DNA from: Alphaproteobacteria bacterium
Lineage (GTDB): Bacteria; Pseudomonadota; Alphaproteobacteria; MPNO01
Direction: 5' to 3'
Length of the DNA stretch: 64,000 bases
Assembly: GCA_964291675.2 (NCBI GenBank)
Contig: OZ219865.1
Location: forward strand, 576,001 to 640,000
Part shown: positions 26,932 to 36,696 of the stretch, piece after piece
How the letters are laid out: each line of letters begins with the position of its first letter
Numbering within the stretch: the first letter of the stretch is position 1
Notes under the pieces: model-generated
Told to the model about the DNA's origin: nothing
The model's database searches: none
Seen by the model: only the letters and a program-made list of their open reading frames with translations
Position numbers and translations under genes: made by a program

Positions 26932-28290
26932 ATGCTCGGGACCAGACCGCTCGCCGGACTCGCCGAAGACCTCGCCACCGGGCGGACGACGAGCCGCGAC
27001 CTGGTGGAACGGGCGCTGGCCGCCATCGAGGCGCCCGAGGGGGAAGGCAGGCGGGCCTTCGTCTTTCTCGACGCCGAACGCGCCCGCGCCGAGGCGGATG
27101 CGAGCGACGCGCTGCGCAGGGCGGGCGTGGTCCCCTCCCCTCTCGCCGGCCTGCCGGTCTCGATGAAGGACCTGTTCGACGTGGCGGGCGAGGTCACCAC
27201 CGCGGCCTCGCCGACGCTTGCCGACGAGCCGCCGGCCGAGCGCGATTCGACCGTCGTCGCCAGGCTGCGGGCGGCAGGCGCCATCGTGCTCGGGCGCACC
27301 AACCTCACCGAGCTCGCCTATTCGGGGATCGGCATCAACCCGCATTTCGGCACGCCCGCGAACCCGTGGGACCGCGCGCGCGGGCGCATACCGGGGGGAT
27401 CGTCCTCGGGCGCCGCGGTCTCGGTCGCCGACGGCATGGCCGCCGCCGCCATCGGCAGCGATACCGGCGGCTCGGTGCGCATCCCGGCGGCGCTGTGCGG
27501 CGTCACCGGCTTCAAGACGACGACGGGACGGATTCCGCTCGACGGCGTGTTCCCGCTGTCGAACACGCTCGATTCGGCGGGGCCGCTCGCGCCCACCGTC
27601 GCCTGCTGCGCCCTGCTCGACGCGGCGATGGCGGGCGGCGACGTGTGGGCCCGCCCGGAGCCCCTGCCGCTCCGGGGTCTCCGCTTCGGGGTGCCGACGA
27701 CGATCGTCCAGGACGGCATGGACGAATCGGTCGGCGCGGCTTTCGGAGCGGCGCTCGACCGGCTGTCGGAAGCCGGCGCGCTGCTCACCGACATCGTCTT
27801 CGAGCCGTTCGCCCGGATTGCCGAGGTCAGCGCAGCGGGCGGCATCCTCGGCGCCGAAGCATGGGCGCTGCACCGCGGGCGGCTGGCGGCGAAGGGAAAC
27901 ATGGTCGATCCAAGAGTACGCGCGCGGATCGAGCGCGGCGCCAACATCTCGGGGGCCGACCTGCTCGACACGATCCGCGCCCGGGCGGACATCCGGGCGC
28001 GGGCGGACGCGATAGGCGCCGGCTACGACGCGCTGCTGATGCCGACGGTCGCCATCGTCGCCCCGCCGATCGACGACATCGTGGCGAGCGACGAGCTGTA
28101 CTGGGAGATGAACCCGTTCATTCTGCGCAACACCACCTTCGGCAACTTCCTCGACCGCTGCGCCCTGTCGATCCCGATCCACGAGCCGGGCAAGGCGCCG
28201 GCCGGGCTGATGGTGGTGGACGATACCGGCGCCGACGCCCACCTGATCCAAGTCGGCCTCGCGGTGGAGCAGGCCGTACGGCGGTTCTAA
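26932..28290 (+). CDS. Amidase-signature family enzyme
   Basis: KDLFD, GGSSSG, GSDTGGSVRIPA. Confidence 0.92.
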   Translation: MLGTRPLAGLAEDLATGRTTSRDLVERALAAIEAPEGEGRRAFVFLDAERARAEADASDALRRAGVVPSPLAGLPVSMKDLFDVAGEVTTAASPTLADEPPAERDSTVVARLRAAGAIVLGRTNLTELAYSGIGINPHFGTPANPWDRARGRIPGGSSSGAAVSVADGMAAAAIGSDTGGSVRIPAALCGVTGFKTTTGRIPLDGVFPLSNTLDSAGPLAPTVACCALLDAAMAGGDVWARPEPLPLRGLRFGVPTTIVQDGMDESVGAAFGAALDRLSEAGALLTDIVFEPFARIAEVSAAGGILGAEAWALHRGRLAAKGNMVDPRVRARIERGANISGADLLDTIRARADIRARADAIGAGYDALLMPTVAIVAPPIDDIVASDELYWEMNPFILRNTTFGNFLDRCALSIPIHEPGKAPAGLMVVDDTGADAHLIQVGLAVEQAVRRF

Positions 28291-30245
28291 GCGGGGCTCG
28301 CGCCGGCCTGGCGGATCGCCTCGAGCGATTCCGGGTTGGCGAGCGAGCCGAGATCGCCCATGGGCTCGCCGGTCAGGGTCGCGCGGACGAGGCGGCGCAT
28401 GATCTTCTGGTTCCTTGTGCGCGGCAGGTCGGGGGCGAGCACGACCCGTTTCGGCCGGTAGGCCGCGCCGAGCCGTGCGACCACGGCATCCGTCAAGGCC
28501 CGCGCCAGGTCTTCTCCGCCGCTTTCCGCCGCCGCTGGAACGCACACGCAGGCGAGCGCCGAGCCCGTCACCGGGTCGGGCACGCCGACGACTGCCGATT
28601 CGGAGACCAGCCCGGTCCCGTTCAGCACCGCCTCGATCTCCGCCGGGCCGGTGCGCTTGCCGGCGATGTTGACGGTGTCGTCGGAGCGCCCGTGCAGGTA
28701 CCAGGAGCCGTCGGCACTGCGCGAGGCGAGGTCGCCCTGCAGCCACAGGCCGGGTATCGTCCGCCAGTACGCTTCGATGTAGCGTTCGGGCTCGTTCCAC
28801 AGCCCGCGCGTCATGCCGATCGAGGGGCAGCGCAACACCAGCTCGCCGACCTCGCCCGGCGGCAGCGAAGCTCCCCCGGCGTCGACGACGTCCGCGCCGC
28901 AGCCCGGCACCTTGTGCGAGAACGCGCAGGGTCCGATGGGTCGCATGAAGCTGCCGATCAGCACGGCGCCGCCGCATTCGGTGCCGCCGGCGTAGTTGAG
29001 GATCGGCAGGCGTTGCTTGCAGACGTGGCGAAAAAACCATTCCCAGGCCTCGCTCGTCCACGGCTCCCCGACCGAGATCGTCGCGCGCAGGGCGGACAGG
29101 TCGAGCCCGGCGAGCGCGGCCTCGCCGCCCGCGCGCATCGCCTGGCGCACCATGGTCGGCACCACGCCCAGGATGGTGACCCCGTGGCGCGCGGCCAGCC
29201 GCCACATGCGGGCCGGGTCCGGCCAGTCGGGGGTGCCTTCGGCGAGCACCAGGGTCGCGCCCATCAGCGCCGCGCTGACCACGATCTTGGGGCCGACGAT
29301 CCAGCCCATGTCGCTCATCCACAACAGTCGGTCGGACGGCTTGAGGTCGATGCACAACCCCATGTCGAGCGCGTTCTTCACCAGGACGCCGCAATGGGTG
29401 TGGATGGTACCCTTGGGCTTGCCGGTGGTGCCGGAGGTGTACATCAGCATCACCGGCGTCTCGGCGCCGAACGCCTGCGTGGGCAGCGCCGGCGGGGCGG
29501 GCAGGAGGCCGGACCGCCAGTCGACATGCCGCGTCCCGGTCTCCCGGCGCGCGTCCCCGCCGCGGCGCAGCACGACGACGGTGTGCACGGTCCCGGCCTC
29601 GGGCAGGGCTTGGGCGACCGTCGCGTCGAGCGCGATCGGCCGGCCGCGCCGCCAGGCGAGATCGGTCGTGACCACCGCGCGGGCGCCGCTGTCCGCCAGG
29701 CGGTCGACCAAAGGCTGCACGCCGAAGCCGGAGAACAGCGGCACGGCGATGGCGCCGATCTTGGCGACGGCGAACAGGGCGGCGGCCGCTTCGGGGACCA
29801 TCGGCATGTAGATCGCAACCGCGTCGCCGTAGCCCACGCCGCGCCCGCCGAGCAGCCCGGCGAGGCGGTCGGTCTCGCGCGACAGCTCGGCATAGCTCCA
29901 GCTCCGCGTCGCGCCGTCCTCCCCCTCCCAGACGATCGCCGGTTTCGACCAGGCCGGCGTGCCGCGATGCCGGTCGAGGCAGTTGGCGGCAAGGTTCGTC
30001 GTCCCGCCGACGCACCATCTCGGCCATTCGATCCCATCCGAGATGTCGAGCACGTCGGTGAACTTCTCGTCGAACCGGATGTCGAAGAAGTCGATCAGCG
30101 ACTCCCAGTACCAGCGCGGCCGCGCCTCGGCCTGGCGCAGCAGGTCGTCGATGTCCGACAGCCCGTGCCGCGCCATGAAGGCGCGCATGCTGGTCTGCCG
30201 GACGACTTCTTCGGTGGGGTGCCAGAGCGGCCCGTCCTCACCCAT
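28287..30245 (-). CDS. Acetate/acyl-CoA synthetase (AMP-forming)
   Basis: YTSGTTGKPKG, GGTECGG, GRSDD, LPRTRNQKIMRR. Confidence 0.92.
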   Translation of the reverse strand: MGEDGPLWHPTEEVVRQTSMRAFMARHGLSDIDDLLRQAEARPRWYWESLIDFFDIRFDEKFTDVLDISDGIEWPRWCVGGTTNLAANCLDRHRGTPAWSKPAIVWEGEDGATRSWSYAELSRETDRLAGLLGGRGVGYGDAVAIYMPMVPEAAAALFAVAKIGAIAVPLFSGFGVQPLVDRLADSGARAVVTTDLAWRRGRPIALDATVAQALPEAGTVHTVVVLRRGGDARRETGTRHVDWRSGLLPAPPALPTQAFGAETPVMLMYTSGTTGKPKGTIHTHCGVLVKNALDMGLCIDLKPSDRLLWMSDMGWIVGPKIVVSAALMGATLVLAEGTPDWPDPARMWRLAARHGVTILGVVPTMVRQAMRAGGEAALAGLDLSALRATISVGEPWTSEAWEWFFRHVCKQRLPILNYAGGTECGGAVLIGSFMRPIGPCAFSHKVPGCGADVVDAGGASLPPGEVGELVLRCPSIGMTRGLWNEPERYIEAYWRTIPGLWLQGDLASRSADGSWYLHGRSDDTVNIAGKRTGPAEIEAVLNGTGLVSESAVVGVPDPVTGSALACVCVPAAAESGGEDLARALTDAVVARLGAAYRPKRVVLAPDLPRTRNQKIMRRLVRATLTGEPMGDLGSLANPESLEAIRQAGASPA

Positions 30246-30383
30246 TCGCTTGCGCCGCCTCCGCCGATACCGGAACCGTCAATGCCTATACCGGGAGCGC
30301 GGGCCAGGCAATTGCGGCGCTGGGGCTCCCGGTATAGTCAGTCCGGATTCCCAAAACCCCCACGCGACAGGAGCGATGCGGCC

Positions 30384-31265
30384 ATGAGCAGCCAGACCGA
30401 CGAGCGGAGCTACACCGACATCCTCTACGAGGTAGTCGACAACGTGGCCTGGGTCTCGATCGACCGTCCCCACGTGCTGAACGCGTTCCGCGAACAGACG
30501 CTGGACGAGCTGGCCCATGCGCTTTCCTCGACCCGCGAGGACCCGTCGATCGCCTGCGCCGTGGTCACCGGGGCGGGGGACCGGGCGTTTTCCTCGGGCG
30601 GCGACTTCCGCGCCATGATGCGCCTCAACAAGGCCAACGCCTATATGTGGAACGACCGCATGCTCAAGGTCGCGATGACCATCCGCGGCCTCCCGATCCC
30701 TGTCATCGCCATGGTGCACGGCCCCTGCGTCGGCGGCGGACACGAGCTCGCGCTGTGGTGCGACCTGGTGATCGCGGCGGACGATGCGTATTTCGGCCAG
30801 ACCGGGGCCAGGGTGGGGGCATGCCCCACGGTCGGCGCGACCCAGTACATCCCGCGGCTGATCGGCGAGCGGCTGGCGCGCGAGATGATCTTTCTCTGCC
30901 GCACCTTTGACGCCGAGGAGGCGGTGCGCATCGGGCTGATCAACCGCCGCGTCCCCAAGGCCGAGCTCAGGCAGGCGACGGAGGCGTGGTGCGAGGCGAT
31001 CAAGGGCTATAGCGGCCAGACGCTGCGCGCGACCAAGAAGTCGCTCAACTTCGAGTCCGACCTGCTCTACGCTTCGTGGCAGCAGGGCATGGAGCTGCTC
31101 GCCAATATCTGGGGGACCGAGGAGTCGCTGGAGGGCATGCAGGCGTTTCTCGACCGCCGCAAGCCCGATTTCCAACAGTTCCGCGAACGCAACCGCGAGA
31201 CCGTGCAAGCCTATCTCGACGGCGTCGAGCGCGGCGAGAACCAGGCCCCGCCGAAGCCGCGCTGA
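30384..31265 (+). CDS. Crotonase family (MenB/BadI-like) enzyme
   Basis: IDRPHVLNAF, AFSSGGD, VGGGHEL, FGQTGARVG. Confidence 0.85.
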   Translation: MSSQTDERSYTDILYEVVDNVAWVSIDRPHVLNAFREQTLDELAHALSSTREDPSIACAVVTGAGDRAFSSGGDFRAMMRLNKANAYMWNDRMLKVAMTIRGLPIPVIAMVHGPCVGGGHELALWCDLVIAADDAYFGQTGARVGACPTVGATQYIPRLIGERLAREMIFLCRTFDAEEAVRIGLINRRVPKAELRQATEAWCEAIKGYSGQTLRATKKSLNFESDLLYASWQQGMELLANIWGTEESLEGMQAFLDRRKPDFQQFRERNRETVQAYLDGVERGENQAPPKPR

Positions 31266-31272
31266 AACGCGC

Positions 31273-32976
31273 TCAGCGCGGCAGCATGAAGGCGAAGTCG
31301 CAGCCCCGGTCGGCCTGCAACACCTCCTCGGCGTAGAGCCGGTCGTAGCCCCGGAGCTCGGACGGGTCTCGGGCGGCCGGCAGCGCGCGCCGTCGGCGCT
31401 CGAGCTCCGGCTCGTCGACCAGGAGGTCGATCCTGCGTTCGGCGACCGAGAGGCGGATCCGGTCGCCCGAGCGCACCAGCGCGAGCGGGCCGCCAACCGA
31501 GGCTTCCGGCGTGACGTGGAGCACGATGGTGCCGTAGGCCGTGCCCGACATGCGCGCATCCGAGATCCGCACCATGTCGCGCACGCCCTCGGCGGCGAGC
31601 CGGGCCGGGATGGGCAGGTAGCCTGCCTCGGGCATTCCCGACGGGCTCTTGGGGCCGGCATTCTGCAGGACGAGAAAATCCTCGGGCGCCACGTCGAGCT
31701 CCGGGTCGTCGATGCGCCCGGCGAGGTCCTGCAGCGAGGAGAACACCACCGCCCTTCCCTCGCGCTCGAACAGCGCCGGATCGGCGGCGGAGCGCTTGAG
31801 GATCGCCCCGCCGGGGGCGAGCGAGCCGAACAGGGCGACCAGCCCGCCCTCGGGCTCCAACGGCGCCGAGGCGGCGGCGATCGCCGTCCGGTCGACCGGC
31901 CCCGCTTCCCGTTCCAGCCGTTCGCCGAGGGTCTCGCCGGCCACCGTCCGGCAGTCGAGGTTGAGCAGGGGGCGGAGCTCGCGCAGCACCGCGCCCATGC
32001 CGCCGGCGGCGAAAAAATCCTCCATGTAGTGCTCGCCGACCGGCTTGAGGTTGACCAGGACGGGGGTCGTGTCCGAGAGCTCGTTGAACCAGGCGAGCGG
32101 GACGTCGATGCCGGCGCGCCCGGCGATCGCGGTGAGGTGGATGACGGCGTTGGTCGAGCCGCCGAGCGCGAGCAGCACGCGAAGCGCGTTTTCCACCGCG
32201 TCGCGGGTGACGATCCCGGTCGGCCTGACGGGGTCGCGCAGGAGCGCCATGGCGGCCGTCCCCGTCGCTTCCGCCGCGCGCAGCCGGTCGGCATGGACGG
32301 CGGGAATCGCGGCGGTGCCCGGCAGGCAGAGGCCGAGCGTCTCGGCGATGCAGGCCATGGTGGAGGCCGTTCCCATCACCGCGCAGGTGCCGGCGGTGGT
32401 CGCGAGCCTGCCCTCGACCGCGGCGATGTCGTCGGCCCCGATGGCGCCCGCCCTGTACTGCGCCCAGAAGCGGCGGCAGTCGGTGCAGGCGCCCAGCCGC
32501 TCCCCGCCGTGGCGCGAGGTCATCATCGGACCGGCGACGAGCTGGATCGCCGGGCGGTCGGCGGAGATCGCGCCCATGAGCTGCGCCGGCACGGTCTTGT
32601 CGCACCCGCCCATCAGCACGACGGCATCCATCGGCTGGGCGCGGATCATCTCCTCGGTGTCCATCGCCATCAGGTTGCGGAACTTGAGGCTGGTCGGGCT
32701 GAGAAACACCTCGCCGAGCGAGATCGTGGGGAATTCGAGGGGCAGCCCGCCGGCGGCAAGGACCCCGCGCTTGACCGCCTCCAGAAGCTCGGGGAAGTGG
32801 CGGTGGCAGTTGTTGAAGCCCGACGGCGTGCAGGCGATGCCGACGACCGGCCTGTCCAGCATGGCGTCGCCATAGCCCATCGACTTGGCGAAGGACTTGC
32901 GCAGATAGATCGCGAAGTCGGCATCGCCGTAATTCGTCAGGCCGCGCGCGAGCCCCCGCCCTGGCTGGCCGGTCAC
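31273..32976 (-). CDS. Dihydroxy-acid dehydratase (IlvD/Edd family)
   Basis: FNNCH, GGCDKT, GTCAVMGTASTM, GGSTN, SDARMSGT; GTG start overlapping the upstream stop. Confidence 0.9.
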   Translation of the reverse strand: MTGQPGRGLARGLTNYGDADFAIYLRKSFAKSMGYGDAMLDRPVVGIACTPSGFNNCHRHFPELLEAVKRGVLAAGGLPLEFPTISLGEVFLSPTSLKFRNLMAMDTEEMIRAQPMDAVVLMGGCDKTVPAQLMGAISADRPAIQLVAGPMMTSRHGGERLGACTDCRRFWAQYRAGAIGADDIAAVEGRLATTAGTCAVMGTASTMACIAETLGLCLPGTAAIPAVHADRLRAAEATGTAAMALLRDPVRPTGIVTRDAVENALRVLLALGGSTNAVIHLTAIAGRAGIDVPLAWFNELSDTTPVLVNLKPVGEHYMEDFFAAGGMGAVLRELRPLLNLDCRTVAGETLGERLEREAGPVDRTAIAAASAPLEPEGGLVALFGSLAPGGAILKRSAADPALFEREGRAVVFSSLQDLAGRIDDPELDVAPEDFLVLQNAGPKSPSGMPEAGYLPIPARLAAEGVRDMVRISDARMSGTAYGTIVLHVTPEASVGGPLALVRSGDRIRLSVAERRIDLLVDEPELERRRRALPAARDPSELRGYDRLYAEEVLQADRGCDFAFMLPR

Positions 32977-34133
32977 CGGATCGCCGCTTCCCTGTGCAGC
33001 ACGCTCGACCGCGGCTCCAGCGAGGCTGCGAGCGTCGCATGCAGGTAGCAGGTGCGCGCGGCGATCCGCATCAGCGTCTCGTAGGTCTCCAACTCCTCCC
33101 GCCGGTTCAGGAACAGATGCGTGTCGACCGGCCGGCCGGCCGCGATGTCCGCGGCGTCGGGGCAGTACTGGACAAGGCGCACGCCGTCGATGGCGAACTT
33201 CATGTGCTCGATATAGCGGTCGAGCTGGGTCATGAAGCAGAAGGCGAGCCCGGCCCACAGCAAGGCGAGCCCCCGCGGCGCCTCGTCCCGGTCGGCGCGT
33301 TCGTCGGATTTGAACGTGAAGTGGCTCGCGCCCGGCAGGGCGAGCCATGTCTCGGTCTCGGTGAGCCCGTCCCGCTGGACCAGCCGGCAGGAGCCGTCGA
33401 CGATCCTGACGATGCGGGTGGAGGTTCCCGCCGGCGCCGGCTCGACGGTTCCCGACTCCCGTTCGCCCGTCTTGCGGATGGGGTCGGCGGCGTGCGCCTG
33501 CTCGCCTTCGGGCGCCGGCGGCTCGGCATAGGTCGCGAAGGGGTCGGGTGCATCCGCAGCCTGGGAAGCGGGCATGGTCGTCAGGGGACGGCGCCGACCG
33601 TTGACGTAGAGGGCAAAGCCGGTCGCGACCGGCGACCGCATGACGGCAAGGGCAGGCGAGGCGTCGACGGCATCGTCGACCAGGGCCGAGACGGCTCCGC
33701 CGTCCGCCTCGGAACCGACCGCGACCTCGATCTCGGCCGGCTCCGCGAAACCCTGCCCGTCGCCCCGGAAGAACGACCCGGTCATCGAATAGAAGTTCTT
33801 CAGCCGGATCCCGAGCTCGGCGAGCCCGATGCCGCGCTCCTTCGCGAGCGCAACCAGCCGCCCGGCGAGATCGGCGTGCAGACCGGCATTGAAGAAGCCA
33901 AGCGGGAACGGGGCGAGGTCGGTGCCGCCGAGATGGACGCCCTCGTCGCTGACGACGCGCCACGCGCCGGGCTCCCCTCCCAGGCGGACCACCGCCTCCT
34001 TCTGGTGCGCCGAGGCCATCTTGCGTGCCTCGACGACGCAGGCCCCGCTTGCCGCCGCGGGATGCCCCGCGCGGGCGCTCGTGCGGAAGCCGAGCGGAAA
34101 GCCCGATCCTTCTATTGTGTCGGTTACCGGCAT
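32973..34133 (-). CDS. Tandem OsmC-domain protein
   Basis: SDEG...GGTDLAPFP (domain 1); SDE...AP...AGLAFCFMTQ and RTCYLH (domain 2). Confidence 0.7.
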   Translation of the reverse strand: MPVTDTIEGSGFPLGFRTSARAGHPAAASGACVVEARKMASAHQKEAVVRLGGEPGAWRVVSDEGVHLGGTDLAPFPLGFFNAGLHADLAGRLVALAKERGIGLAELGIRLKNFYSMTGSFFRGDGQGFAEPAEIEVAVGSEADGGAVSALVDDAVDASPALAVMRSPVATGFALYVNGRRRPLTTMPASQAADAPDPFATYAEPPAPEGEQAHAADPIRKTGERESGTVEPAPAGTSTRIVRIVDGSCRLVQRDGLTETETWLALPGASHFTFKSDERADRDEAPRGLALLWAGLAFCFMTQLDRYIEHMKFAIDGVRLVQYCPDAADIAAGRPVDTHLFLNRREELETYETLMRIAARTCYLHATLAASLEPRSSVLHREAAIR

Positions 34134-34140
34134 TTGGCCC

Positions 34141-35247
34141 TCAATGCACCGATCTGTACTTCGCGAGCCTCGCTTCGTCGACGGCGATGCCGAGGCCCGG
34201 ACGGTCCGGCGGGCGGAGACGGCCGCCGACGATCCGAAGCCTCTCTGCGACGATGTCGTCGGCGAGGTACTGGCAGGTGATGCTGGTGTCCCAGTCGAGC
34301 TGCGGGACGGCGAGCGCGAGATGCGCGACCGCCGCACTGGCGATGCCGGTCTCCGCGACCTTGCCGGCGAGATTGACATGCATGCCGAGGTCGCGCATCA
34401 GCCGCGCCGCGTCCATCACGGCGAAGGCGCCGCCGAGCTTGATGGTCTTGAGGCTGCCGCCGCTCGCCGCCCCGGCCTCGCTGTGCCGGCGGATGTCGGC
34501 GACGGAATGCAGCCCCTCGTCGGCGCCGAGCGGGACGCTGGAAGAACGCGCGCAGGCCGCCATGCCTTCGAGGTCGTCGGCCGCGACGAGCTGCTCCATG
34601 AAGTCGAGCCCGGCCTGCGCCGCGCCTTCGGCGAAGCGAAGCGCGTCGTCCCTGCCATAGCCCTGGTTCGCGTCGGCCGAGATGCGCACCTCGCTCCCCG
34701 CCGCCGCGCGCACGGCGGCGACCCGCTCCAGGTCGCGCTCGGGCGTGAAGGTGCCGACCTTCACCTTGAAGGCGGAGAACCCGGCCGCGAGCTGTTGCCG
34801 CGCGCTGTCGAGCTCGCTCTCCAGATCGCTGCCCGCGACCATCGTCAGCATGACCGCCTCGCCGCGCACCCTGCCGCCCAGCAGCTCGCAGACGGGCCGG
34901 TTTGCGCGCTTCCCCATCAGGTCGACCAATGCGATCTCGATCGCCGCCTTGGCGCCGTGGTTGCCGTAGATCAGCTTCTCGATCGTCCGGTACAGCTCCG
35001 CCGGCTCGCCGACCTCGGCCCCCTCCAGGCGTTCGGCCATGAACCGGGCCGCCGCTACCATGCCCTCGGCCGTCTCTCCGGTCATCAGCGGGGCGGAGGC
35101 CGCCTCGCCCCAGCCGAAATTGCCCTCCCCGTCGCCGACGCGGACGACGAGGTTGTCCGCCGACAGGATCTCCTCGCCCGCCATCCTGATCGGCGCTTCG
35201 AGCGGGATGCTGACCGCGCAGCAATCGATACCCGAAATTCTGAACAT
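34141..35247 (-). CDS. Mandelate racemase/muconate cycloisomerase family (enolase superfamily)
   Basis: GWGEA, FKVKVG, DANQG, EQ, ADE, K..KLGG. Confidence 0.9.
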   Translation of the reverse strand: MFRISGIDCCAVSIPLEAPIRMAGEEILSADNLVVRVGDGEGNFGWGEAASAPLMTGETAEGMVAAARFMAERLEGAEVGEPAELYRTIEKLIYGNHGAKAAIEIALVDLMGKRANRPVCELLGGRVRGEAVMLTMVAGSDLESELDSARQQLAAGFSAFKVKVGTFTPERDLERVAAVRAAAGSEVRISADANQGYGRDDALRFAEGAAQAGLDFMEQLVAADDLEGMAACARSSSVPLGADEGLHSVADIRRHSEAGAASGGSLKTIKLGGAFAVMDAARLMRDLGMHVNLAGKVAETGIASAAVAHLALAVPQLDWDTSITCQYLADDIVAERLRIVGGRLRPPDRPGLGIAVDEARLAKYRSVH

Positions 35248-35410
35248 GACCGGACACCTCCAGAGCCTGCGGTCATCATGCGGCCGGATCGCGCCAACAC
35301 AAGCCCGCCGGGCCGCGCGCCCCCTTGAAGCCTCTCTCCCTCCTCTCCATCATCCGCACCCGGTGTCCCGGTTCCGAAGTTTCATGTCTTTCGACGCCGC
35401 GTCACTTCCC

Positions 35411-35500
35411 GTCATGCCCGGACTCGTTCCGGGCATCCAATTCGACAGGCTGTTTCGGGGCGGCGGCTGCATGGATGGCCGGAACGAGTCCGGCCATGAC
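35411..35500. repeat. Alphaproteobacterial REP/RPE-like palindromic element
   Basis: GTCATGCCCGGACTCGTTCCGGGCATCCA ... TGGATGGCCGGAACGAGTCCGGCCATGAC inverted pair. Confidence 0.85.
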
Positions 35501-35529
35501 GGCGGTAGATAAGCGGAGGGGTTGAAGCC

Positions 35530-36561
35530 TTGAACGGGACGATCGCCATACTCGGCACTGGCGCCAACGGAAGCTGCGTCGCCGTGGACCTGGTCCGCGC
35601 CGGGCACGACGTCACCCTGATCGACCAGTGGCCCGAGCACGTGGAGGCGATGCGGGCGAACGGCCTCACTGTGCGGTGGCCGGAAGAGACGGTGCACGCC
35701 GCGGTCGACGCCCATCACCTCTGCGACCTGTGCGCGCTCAACCGGACCTTCGACCATGTGTTCCTGATGGTGAAGGCCTACGACACCGGCTGGGCGGCGC
35801 GGCTGATCGAGCCCTACCTCGCCCCGGACGGGCTGATGGTGGGCATCCAGAACGCGATGACCGCGGGCGAGATCGCGGAGACGGTCGGTACCGACAGGAC
35901 CGTGGGCTGCGTGATCGAGCTGTCGGCGGAGCTGTTTACCCCGGGCATCGCGCAGCGCAACACGCCGCCAAGCGGAACCTGGCTCGGGATCGGCGCGCTG
36001 GATGCGGCGATGGCCGGCAGGCTGACGGAGCTTGAGGAGATCCTCGCCGACATCGGCACGGTCTCGGTGTGCGACGATATCGTGGCCGCCAAGTGGATGA
36101 AGCTGGTGGTCAACTCGATGAGCCTGGGCCCGGTCGCCATGCTGGGGCTTCCGGTCGCCGAAGCCGCCCGCCTGCCCGGGTTCCGCGATTTCCTCATGAA
36201 GGTCGGCACGGAGTCGCTCGCTGTCGGGCAGCAGCGGGAATACCGCATCCAGCCGCTCTTCGGCTTGACGCCCGACGACATCGCGGAGTCCAACAGGCTG
36301 CTGGAAACCCTGTTCGACAAGCTGGTGGCCGATATCGGGCCGGCGGCGCGTGACTGCGTGCTGCAGGACCACCTGAAGAGGCGCTACAGCGAGGTCGACC
36401 TGATCAACGGCCTGGTCGCGGAAGAGAGCCTCGCGGTAGGCCGGCCGGCCCCCGCCAACGCGGCGGTGGTCGAGATCGCGCGGCGCATCCGCAACGGAGA
36501 GCTCGTACCCGAGCCCGCCAATTTCGAACGCGCGCTGGAGGCGATGCGCGCCGCCGACTGA
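35530..36561 (+). CDS. Ketopantoate reductase (PanE/ApbA)-family oxidoreductase
   Basis: ILGTGANG, VKAYD, IQNA, KWMKLVVN, SEVDLING; TTG start. Confidence 0.85.
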   Translation: MNGTIAILGTGANGSCVAVDLVRAGHDVTLIDQWPEHVEAMRANGLTVRWPEETVHAAVDAHHLCDLCALNRTFDHVFLMVKAYDTGWAARLIEPYLAPDGLMVGIQNAMTAGEIAETVGTDRTVGCVIELSAELFTPGIAQRNTPPSGTWLGIGALDAAMAGRLTELEEILADIGTVSVCDDIVAAKWMKLVVNSMSLGPVAMLGLPVAEAARLPGFRDFLMKVGTESLAVGQQREYRIQPLFGLTPDDIAESNRLLETLFDKLVADIGPAARDCVLQDHLKRRYSEVDLINGLVAEESLAVGRPAPANAAVVEIARRIRNGELVPEPANFERALEAMRAAD

Positions 36562-36586
36562 GCGTCGCGAGGACGAGCGGCGCGGG

Positions 36587-36692
36587 CGTCCTTCGACACG
36601 CGGCTTCGCCGCTACTCAGGACGAGGGCATCGGTTGGGCCACTTGCATTTCCCTCATCCTGAGCAGCCCCCGAAGGGGCCTATAGAAGGACG
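36587..36692. repeat. Second family of intergenic palindromic repeat between convergent genes
   Basis: CGTCCTTCGA...CTCAGGACGAGGG ... CCCTCATCCTGAG...GAAGGACG. Confidence 0.7.
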
Positions 36693-36696
36693 AAGC

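Noticed and set aside
27366-31265. 1299-aa fusion ending in a crotonase
   Set aside because: The upstream part is antisense or off-frame to the amidase and synthetase; the real gene starts at 30384.
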